DNA from: Acidimicrobiia bacterium
Lineage (GTDB): Bacteria; Actinomycetota; Acidimicrobiia; Spongiisociales; UBA5794
DNA: 64,000 bases
NCBI GenBank assembly: GCA_003235475.1
Contig: QJWC01000044.1
Coordinates: 27,451-91,450 of the forward strand
Reading direction: 5' to 3'
Part shown: one piece after another, positions 55,894-64,000 of the stretch
Numbering within the stretch: position 1 is the stretch's first letter
Layout of the letters: each line of letters starts with the position of its first letter
The notes under the pieces: model-generated
The model's database searches: none
The model's input: the letters and a program-made list of their open reading frames with translations, nothing else
What the model was told of the DNA's origin: nothing
Program-made: the position numbers and the translations under genes

Positions 55894-57849
55894 ATGCCGC
55901 GCCCATTCACCGCCGAGGACCTCTGGTCGCTGAAACGAGTAGGCCAGCCGGAACCTGTTCCCGGGACGAGCGTGTGCGTGGTGCCCGTCGTGCACTACAC
56001 GGACGAGGGCAAGGCCCATTCGACCCTGTATCTGGTCGACCGTGACGGGATGACGACCCGCCTGACTTCGGCAACGCGGTCCAGTTCATCGCCGATGCCT
56101 TCCCCGTCCGGGGACCGGGTGGCGTTCATCGGCTCGGAGGGCGATGACCCGGGGCAGGTGTACGTGATGCGCCTGGACGGCGGAGAGGCTGAGAAGGTCA
56201 GTGATTTCCCGCTCGGCACTGCAGCCGTGCAGTGGGTGCCGGGGCGTAACTCCCTTGTCGCCGTGGTTCCGGTGTTCCGCGATCACCTGAGCCTCGATGC
56301 CACAGCCGAAGAGAAGGAGCGCCGCGAGGGCAAGACGCTTCCCGTCGCGACCGAAGACCGCTTCTATCGCTACTGGAAGCGGTGGATCGCTGGCTCGACG
56401 CTGCACCACCTCGTGCGCATCGACCTCGACTCCGGCGATGCAACGGACATCACCCCCGGCCTCGACCGGCTGATCGGCCTCGAGGAACTGGGCTCTCGCT
56501 TCACGATCGATCCGACGGGTACGACGATCTACGCGTTGGTCGACGCCAACGAACCTGCATGGGAGGAACAGTCCTATGCGATCCACTCGGTCCCCGTCGA
56601 CGGCGGTGAGATCGAACGACTCCCGACCGGCGAAGCGGTGAACCATCATCGGCCGAAGGTGTCACCCGACGGCGAGACGCTGCTCTATGGCGCACAGTAC
56701 GAACACGCCTTCTACGCGGATCGCGTGCGACTCATCTCCCATCATCTCCCGACGGGTTCCGAGACCGTCCTCACGCCCGACTGGGATCGCTCGGCGGGTG
56801 GGTGGGAGTTCGTCGGCAACGACGGCGTCGTATTCCATGCGCAGGACGAGGGGCATGTTCGCCTCTACACGATGCCGCTCGACGGCGGCACCCCCACGCC
56901 GCAGACCTCGACGGGTTCGAACCACGGGCCCCGGGCCGGTGTCGGCTGCTACTGGCATCGCTCCGAGTCGATGGCGCGGCCGCCCGAGGTTGCCTACACA
57001 TGCGGCGGTCACACGACGATCGCGTCCACGTTCAACGACGAGGCGCTCTCCGAGTTCAAGATGCGACCGGCCGAAGAGATCCGCTTCGAAGGGGCAGACG
57101 GCCATCAGATCCAGGCGTTCGTGGTCGTGCCGCCGGAATTCGATTCGAGTGAGAGGTGGCCGTTGCTCCAGAACGTGCACGGCGGCCCGCACAACGGGGT
57201 GATGGACGACTGGCACTGGCGGTGGAACACGCAGGTGATGGCCGCGGCCGGCTACGTCGTCATGTCGGTGAACTTCCACGGATCCTCCTCGTTCGGCGAC
57301 GAGTTCACGCGGAGCATCCGCGGCAGCTGGGGCGACCAACCGGCGAAGGACATCGACGCCGCGAGCGACCACATGATCGGCCTCGGATACATCGACCCGG
57401 ATCGCATCGCGATCGCAGGTGGCTCGTACGGGGGATATCTCGTCTCATGGATCACGACGCAGACAGACCGGTACGCAGCGTCCATCTGCCACGCGGGCGT
57501 GACCGACCTCCTCGGCCAGTGGGCATCCGACCTGACCGAGGGCCGGGCAGCCGCGGTCGGCGGCGTGCCGTGGGAGGACATGGACGCGGTTCTGCGGTGG
57601 TCCCCGATGGCGCACACCCACGACATCACAACGCCGACCCTCGTCATCCACGGCGAACTGGACTACCGCGTCGTCATCACACAGGGACTCGTGCTCTACG
57701 GCACCCTCAAGGCCAAGGGCGTCCCTGCGAGGCTCGTCTACTACGGGGACGAGGGCCACTGGATCGAAAAACGCGACAACGCCATCCACTGGTGGGGCGA
57801 GTTCCTCGGCTGGCTCGACCGCTGGATCGGCACGAGCGGCGACGCCTAG
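55894..57849 (+). CDS. S9-family serine peptidase (acylaminoacyl-peptidase/prolyl-oligopeptidase type)
   Basis: ATG 55894 with an AAGGAG RBS. A beta-propeller N-terminal half is followed by the catalytic GGSYGG nucleophile elbow and a C-terminal GDEGHW. Confidence 0.85.
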   Translation: MPRPFTAEDLWSLKRVGQPEPVPGTSVCVVPVVHYTDEGKAHSTLYLVDRDGMTTRLTSATRSSSSPMPSPSGDRVAFIGSEGDDPGQVYVMRLDGGEAEKVSDFPLGTAAVQWVPGRNSLVAVVPVFRDHLSLDATAEEKERREGKTLPVATEDRFYRYWKRWIAGSTLHHLVRIDLDSGDATDITPGLDRLIGLEELGSRFTIDPTGTTIYALVDANEPAWEEQSYAIHSVPVDGGEIERLPTGEAVNHHRPKVSPDGETLLYGAQYEHAFYADRVRLISHHLPTGSETVLTPDWDRSAGGWEFVGNDGVVFHAQDEGHVRLYTMPLDGGTPTPQTSTGSNHGPRAGVGCYWHRSESMARPPEVAYTCGGHTTIASTFNDEALSEFKMRPAEEIRFEGADGHQIQAFVVVPPEFDSSERWPLLQNVHGGPHNGVMDDWHWRWNTQVMAAAGYVVMSVNFHGSSSFGDEFTRSIRGSWGDQPAKDIDAASDHMIGLGYIDPDRIAIAGGSYGGYLVSWITTQTDRYAASICHAGVTDLLGQWASDLTEGRAAAVGGVPWEDMDAVLRWSPMAHTHDITTPTLVIHGELDYRVVITQGLVLYGTLKAKGVPARLVYYGDEGHWIEKRDNAIHWWGEFLGWLDRWIGTSGDA

Positions 57850-59249
57850 GCGAACTCGTCGATGAGGTCCCAGAGCGCGTCGATGTGCCGCTGACCCGTG
57901 TACGTCTGTCCGATCGACACCCTGATGAAGGCGGTGCCGTCGACCTCGGATGGCGTGACGGCCACCTTCCCCGAATCATTGAGTGCAGCAGCAAGGGTCC
58001 TGGTCGTGTCGTTCCCGTCGACGTGCCTGAAGCACACCAGTGCGAACGGGTGAGGAGCGAACAGCTCGAACCTCGGATCGGATTCGATGCGGCTGGCCAA
58101 GTCGTCCGCCATGGCGACGTGGGAACGAACGAGGTCGCGGAGTCGCTGGGCCCCGTAACTCCGGATCACCCACCACAACTTCAGGGCTCGGAATCGCCGA
58201 CCGAGGGGCACATGCCAGTCGCGATAGTCGATCACCTGACCCTCGTCGGTCGCGGCGTTACGCAGGATTGGGGGCAGGATGCTGAGCGCTTCCATCAGCG
58301 GTGCTCTGTCGGCTACCCACAGCACGTTGCAGTCGAAGTTCACGAGCATCCATTTGTGCGGGTTGAACGTATAGCTGTCGACCCTGTCGAGCGCTGGCTG
58401 ATGGACCCGGAACTCCTCACACAGCATTGCGGTCCCTGCATACGCCGCGTCGACATGGTGCCACAGGTCGTGCTGCCCGGCGATGTCGGCGATCTCGGGA
58501 AGGGGGTCGACGGCAGTGGTCGCTGTTGTTCCTACGGCCGACACCACGGCGATTGGCAGCAGGCCCGATTCAATATCCGATTCGATTGACGCTCGTAGCG
58601 CTCCCGGGTCCATGGCGAACGCTTCGTCGGCAGCGATCTTGCGGCAATGGCCGATCCCGGCGACGGTGCAGCCCTTCTCTATCGAGAAGTGCGCCTGGTT
58701 CGACACGTAGACGACCATGTTCTCCGAACGGGCTCCTTCCCGCTTCCGGCGCCGGGCAACGACGAGCGCAATATGCGTTGCGTCTGACGCGCTCATCTGG
58801 ATGACGCCGCCTCCGGGCCCTTCACTCCTCCATCCGTGTGGGAGGCCCATCAGATCGACGAGCCAATCGAGCACCCTCATCTCGATCTCGGTGGCGGCAG
58901 GCGAGGTGGACCACAGCATGCCCTGCAGCCCAAGCCCCGCTGAGACCATCTCGGCGAGGATCGAAGGCGGGGACGCGTTCGCGGGGAAGTACGCAAACCA
59001 GCTCGGCGACTGCCAGTGGGTGACACCTGGCATCACGACGCGGTCGAGGTCCTCGATCAATGCCTCGAACGGCTCCCCTTCCTCGGGTGCCCTCTCCGGC
59101 AGCATTCGTGCGATGTCACCGGGTGCGACCTGCGACATGACGGGGAAGTCCTCGACGCGCTGCTGGTATTCGGCGAGCCAGTCGATGAGGGCATACCCGT
59201 GGCGGCGGAACTCCTCAGGAGACATGTGAGGACTGTCGTGCTCCGTCAC
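57846..59249 (-). CDS. Group II PLP-dependent decarboxylase (aromatic-L-amino-acid decarboxylase-like)
   Basis: 467 aa with VTHWQSPSWFAYFPA and the PLP-Lys context FNPHKWMLVNFDC. Confidence 0.85.
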   Translation of the reverse strand: MTEHDSPHMSPEEFRRHGYALIDWLAEYQQRVEDFPVMSQVAPGDIARMLPERAPEEGEPFEALIEDLDRVVMPGVTHWQSPSWFAYFPANASPPSILAEMVSAGLGLQGMLWSTSPAATEIEMRVLDWLVDLMGLPHGWRSEGPGGGVIQMSASDATHIALVVARRRKREGARSENMVVYVSNQAHFSIEKGCTVAGIGHCRKIAADEAFAMDPGALRASIESDIESGLLPIAVVSAVGTTATTAVDPLPEIADIAGQHDLWHHVDAAYAGTAMLCEEFRVHQPALDRVDSYTFNPHKWMLVNFDCNVLWVADRAPLMEALSILPPILRNAATDEGQVIDYRDWHVPLGRRFRALKLWWVIRSYGAQRLRDLVRSHVAMADDLASRIESDPRFELFAPHPFALVCFRHVDGNDTTRTLAAALNDSGKVAVTPSEVDGTAFIRVSIGQTYTGQRHIDALWDLIDEFA

Positions 59250-59256
59250 CGAATAC

Positions 59257-59811
59257 TCACTTCGCGGGTCTGAGGTAGGTGAGCAGGTCCCTGACCATGA
59301 ACGCGGTGGCTCCCCACAGGATGCCCTCGTCGAACTCGAAGAACCACAGGCTGTGTCCGAACCAATCTCTCTCGACCCAGCGGTCGTCGTCGAGGAGATC
59401 GGTCAGCTTCGGCTCGATGATCGCTTCGACCTCCCTCGGATCGGGCACCAGACTCGCCGGACGATTGATGCGGGCGACGACGGGCACGATCGGCCGCGTC
59501 CTGTCGCGCGTCGTCACCGGATCGAGGCCACCGATGATCTCGATCACCGCGTCCCGCGGAAGGGCGATCTCCTCCCATGCCTCGCGCATCGCCGTCGAGA
59601 TCGGCTCTTCGCCCTCCTCGCGGTGCCCTCCGGGGAACACGACGTCGCCTGGGTGGGTCGGCATGTGGTCCGGCCGCTTGGTGAGCACGACGCGCACATC
59701 GCCGTTCTCGTCCTCGTACAGCGGCACCAGAACAGCGGCCTGCGAACCAGGTGGATCGGTCACCGGCGGGAGTGCTTCGAGGAGGGCCCACATGTCCATC
59801 CGAACGAGCAT
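59257..59811 (-). CDS. Nudix hydrolase, CoA-pyrophosphatase type
   Basis: Nudix box GGHREEGEEPISTAMREAWEEIAL preceded by VLTKRPDHMPTHPGDVVFPGG. The start is ambiguous: ATG 59811, 59799 or 59793, or TTG 59844. Confidence 0.8.
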   Translation of the reverse strand: MLVRMDMWALLEALPPVTDPPGSQAAVLVPLYEDENGDVRVVLTKRPDHMPTHPGDVVFPGGHREEGEEPISTAMREAWEEIALPRDAVIEIIGGLDPVTTRDRTRPIVPVVARINRPASLVPDPREVEAIIEPKLTDLLDDDRWVERDWFGHSLWFFEFDEGILWGATAFMVRDLLTYLRPAK

Positions 59812-59831
59812 AAGCGGATAGGCTGGCGTCG

Positions 59832-60431
59832 ATGGCGACCGCAATCCACAGTCATCCGAGGCTGTCGCGCCGACTGCTCCTGAGGCCGTTCAAGCGGCGG
59901 GACGTCGCATCCCTCCACGAAGCCATCGACGTCTCGATCGCCGACCTCCAGCCGTGGCTCCCGTGGGTCAGCGGCTACGACCGTGGCAGCGCGCAGCGCT
60001 TCGTGAGGGAGTCCGTGGCAGCGTGGGCCGAGCACCGCGCCTATGACTTCGCGATCCGGCCGCTCGATCAACCGGAGCGTCACCTCGGCAACGTCTCCAT
60101 CTGGCACACGTCGGTGCAGAACGACATCGGCGAGATCGGCTATTGGATACGCTCGGACGAGGTCGGCCGCGGCTACGGCAGGGAGGCCACCACGATGGCC
60201 GTGCAGATCGGTTTCGAGGAGCTCCACCTCCACAAGGTCCAGCTCCGGATCGCCGTGGGGAACATCCGATCCGAGCGCATCGCCGAGCGGCTGGGCTTCA
60301 CCAACGAGGGCACCCTACGCGACGAGGTGAAGGTCGACGGGCGCTGGCTCGACCACACCGTGTGGTCCCTGCTCGAGGCAGAGTGGTGGCCACAGCGGGA
60401 CCGCCACCGCGCCGAGGGCACCATCGCCTGA
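59832..60431 (+). CDS. GNAT-family N-acetyltransferase (RimJ/RimL-like)
   Basis: 199 aa with LRPFKRRD, GYWIRSDEVGRGYGREA and AVGNIRSERIAERLGF. Confidence 0.8.
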   Translation: MATAIHSHPRLSRRLLLRPFKRRDVASLHEAIDVSIADLQPWLPWVSGYDRGSAQRFVRESVAAWAEHRAYDFAIRPLDQPERHLGNVSIWHTSVQNDIGEIGYWIRSDEVGRGYGREATTMAVQIGFEELHLHKVQLRIAVGNIRSERIAERLGFTNEGTLRDEVKVDGRWLDHTVWSLLEAEWWPQRDRHRAEGTIA

Positions 60432-60494
60432 CAATCGCTGTTTACACAACCCGACGGTCGGGGAGACAATGGTGGTGTCACGATCGGAGGACAA

Positions 60495-60770
60495 GTGCAT
60501 CGAGACATCACAATCGAAATCGGCATCGACGAGGACGATGCAATGACGCTCGTCCATGCACAGCTCGATCTGCGCGGTGACATCTTCGATGCGACCGGCA
60601 GGGCCAAGCGCAACCCGGACGACAGGAATGTCCCGGTGATCGGCGAGGAACTCGCGCTCGCCAGGGCCCTAGCATCGCTCGAGGAACAGATCGTCGACCG
60701 CGTGTACGAGCTGATCGACGAGGCGGTCTATTCCGACGAGATGGTCGACGAGGACGACGACCTGGAATAG
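60495..60770 (+). CDS. DUF1876-like small protein
   Basis: 91 aa with a GTG start after GGAGGA. The pattern A.L.LRG..F.ATG.AKRNPDD..VP.IGEELA.ARAL..L is as in DUF1876 proteins. Confidence 0.6.
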   Translation: MHRDITIEIGIDEDDAMTLVHAQLDLRGDIFDATGRAKRNPDDRNVPVIGEELALARALASLEEQIVDRVYELIDEAVYSDEMVDEDDDLE

Positions 60771-60771
60771 C

Positions 60772-60801
60772 AGATGGGGCGCCCCGTAGGACGCCCCATC
60801 T
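60772..60801. terminator. Bidirectional terminator-like hairpin between the DUF1876 gene and groEL
   Basis: 10-bp perfect arms AGATGGGGCG / CGCCCCATCT with a 10-nt loop, between convergent stops (60770 and 60823). Confidence 0.6.
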
Positions 60802-60822
60802 CGCAGATAGCTTCGACTTCGG

Positions 60823-62759
<1,937 letters not shown>

Positions 62760-62778
62760 CCGACTCTCCTTTTATCGG

Positions 62779-62805
62779 TTAGCAGTCGGTCGTTACGACT
62801 GCTAA
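62779..62805 (-). promoter_or_regulatory. CIRCE (HrcA operator), promoter-proximal copy
   Basis: The minus strand reads TTAGCAGTC-N9-GACTGCTAA against the consensus TTAGCACTC-N9-GAGTGCTAA. There is one symmetric mismatch per arm. It ends 19 nt upstream of the groES ATG region. Confidence 0.8.
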
Positions 62806-62819
62806 TGATACCAAAGATT

Positions 62820-62846
62820 CTGGCAGTCGGAACGGGTGAGTGCTAA
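62820..62846 (-). promoter_or_regulatory. CIRCE (HrcA operator), distal copy
   Basis: The minus strand reads TTAGCACTC-N9-GACTGCCAG. The left arm is perfect and the right arm has 3 mismatches. Confidence 0.6.
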
Positions 62847-62871
62847 CGATCTTTGGCGGGTCGGATCCGCG

Positions 62872-63954
62872 CTATCGGGCGAGGACGCGCCCGAGGTCTG
62901 CGCCCTCGATCATGCCTACGACGACACCCTCGTCGACGACGACCGCACGCCGACTTCGACCTGCTGGACGCATGAGAAGCGTGTCAATCGGCTCTTCGGC
63001 ACCGACGCAGTCGGCGGGCCCGATCGCCGTCATGACCCTCCTCACTTGCGTCGATGGCCACCGCGATGGTGCGATGGCTTCGATCTCGTCCTGACCGACG
63101 ACGCCGACGACGCGACCGTTCTCTTCCACAGGGAGCGAACGGAGTCGCGGGCCCATCGAGTACCAATCGAGGAGCTGCGAAACCAACATCGAGCCTGGAA
63201 TCGCCACGGAAACAGGGCGCATCGCGTCGGCAGCGACGAGCCCGTCGAAGGTAGCGGTCAGCTCCTCGCGGCGGCCGACGGACCTCGCGGCCGACGAGAG
63301 GAACCATCCGCCGAGGCCGACCACGAGGCCGATCAGATACGCGTTGAACAGGAGGTACAGCCCAGCGCCGACGAGAACGAGGCCAAACGTGCCCCCGATG
63401 CGGGAGACGACGACCGTCGCCCGGAGCCGACTCCGCTCCCCCATCGAGAGGAGACCCCGAAGCACCCTGCCGCCATCGAGCGGGAACCCGGGTACGAGGT
63501 TGACGGCACCAACTGCCGCATTCGCAAGGGCGAGTGCCCCTGCTGCCCGTCCCATGGCGACGTCGAGGCCGATCTGGCCACCGAGGAACCAGAATCCCCC
63601 CGCGAGGGCAAGGGACGCGACCGGGCCCATCACGGCAACGAGTACCTCGACGCCCGGAGACGGCCTTCCCTCGATGACGCTGTAGCCACCGAAGATGTAC
63701 ACGCGGATCGAACGGACCTTCAGACCGAGCGACCTCGCGACGACCGCGTGGCTCCCTTCGTGGAAGAGCACGCAGAGCACCATCAGCGCACCCGCGACCG
63801 CCGCGACGATCCAGTCGGTTTCTGCTCCGACAGCGACGTTCATCCTGATGTCGACGAGGACGATGCCCGCAAAGAGCAATGCGAGGACGAGGGCGGATGC
63901 GTCTGCCACCACCTCGGCGCCGCGGAACCGGAAGAGGCGCATCCCGACGCTCAT
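62872..63954 (-). CDS. M50 site-2-protease-family metalloprotease with C-terminal CBS pair
   Basis: HEGSHAVVAR (HExxH) lies within TM helices, with a later FPLDGG motif and CBS-like C-terminal repeats. Confidence 0.85.
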   Translation of the reverse strand: MSVGMRLFRFRGAEVVADASALVLALLFAGIVLVDIRMNVAVGAETDWIVAAVAGALMVLCVLFHEGSHAVVARSLGLKVRSIRVYIFGGYSVIEGRPSPGVEVLVAVMGPVASLALAGGFWFLGGQIGLDVAMGRAAGALALANAAVGAVNLVPGFPLDGGRVLRGLLSMGERSRLRATVVVSRIGGTFGLVLVGAGLYLLFNAYLIGLVVGLGGWFLSSAARSVGRREELTATFDGLVAADAMRPVSVAIPGSMLVSQLLDWYSMGPRLRSLPVEENGRVVGVVGQDEIEAIAPSRWPSTQVRRVMTAIGPADCVGAEEPIDTLLMRPAGRSRRAVVVDEGVVVGMIEGADLGRVLAR

Positions 63955-64000
63955 GCGCCGAGCCTCAAGCCCGGATCGACATCGCCCCGAAGGTCATCTC
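63951..64000 (-). CDS. 3-prime end of an unidentified gene (runs off the window end)
   Basis: The reading frame ends ...DDLRGDVDPGLRLGA with TGA at 63953-63951, forming an ATGA overlap with the M50 start. Too short to identify. Confidence 0.3.
   Translation of the reverse strand, partial: DDLRGDVDPGLRLGA

Noticed and set aside
60469-60546. 25-codon upstream ORF (MVVSRSEDKCIETSQSKSASTRTMQ) overlapping the DUF1876 start
   Set aside because: It has a GGGAG 4 nt upstream. However, it is out of frame with the downstream gene, has no hydrophobic or conserved character, and does not follow local codon bias. It is most likely fortuitous.

Overview
The window looks like high-GC Actinomycetota chromosomal core. 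Three things support this: a WhiB-family regulator, the actinobacterial synteny pcrA/uvrD1 - sucCD - purNH, and tandem CIRCE operators ahead of groES-groEL. GC content was judged by eye, not computed. I support about 66 tightly packed protein-coding genes, many with 1-4 nt stop/start overlaps.

Gene blocks in order:
- A partial DivIVA gene, a PDZ-Lon protease, a sortase and bioY.
- An acyl-CoA ligase co-transcribed with a Liv-type ABC importer, flanked by scattered paa genes (paaI, paaN, paaJ-like thiolase).
- A HEAT-repeat protein, moaE, htrA, a putative metalloprotease and a peroxiredoxin.
- A complete phosphate block: phoR/phoP-like two-component pair divergent from pstSCAB-phoU, then a Na/Pi cotransporter and a second PhoU-like gene.
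- An acyl-CoA dehydrogenase.
- A co-directional whiB - unknown membrane protein - tatA - ECF sigma - ZAS anti-sigma - secreted protein cluster.
- sdhCAB, an SCP2 protein, hup and a polytopic membrane protein.
- mdh-icd-folD-purH-purN-sucD-sucC plus a stand-alone B12-binding mutase subunit.
- A GH1 beta-glucosidase, fetB and pcrA.
- An orphan CheA-CheW-REC hybrid kinase.
- guaA and a guaB3-like gene, a DinB-family protein and trpS.
- An S9 peptidase, a PLP decarboxylase, a CoA-type Nudix hydrolase, a GNAT and a DUF1876 protein.
- groEL-groES and an M50/CBS protease.

I saw no rRNA, tRNA, CRISPR array, transposase/integrase, prophage or obvious defence island.

I do not see convincing evidence for a self-contained novel multi-gene system. 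This is mostly ordinary housekeeping DNA. The leads most worth a second look:
- The uncharacterised membrane-anchored protein between whiB and tatA, and the envelope-stress cluster it sits in.
- The context-less CheA hybrid kinase with a long acidic linker.
- Several unexplained non-coding structures: a nested stem element that masks the nptA start region, a triple direct repeat after sdhB, a perfect 20-bp palindrome ahead of pstS, and AT-rich repeats upstream of whiB.
- An unannotated 46-codon membrane ORF.

All family assignments come from reading motifs by eye. No database search was run.
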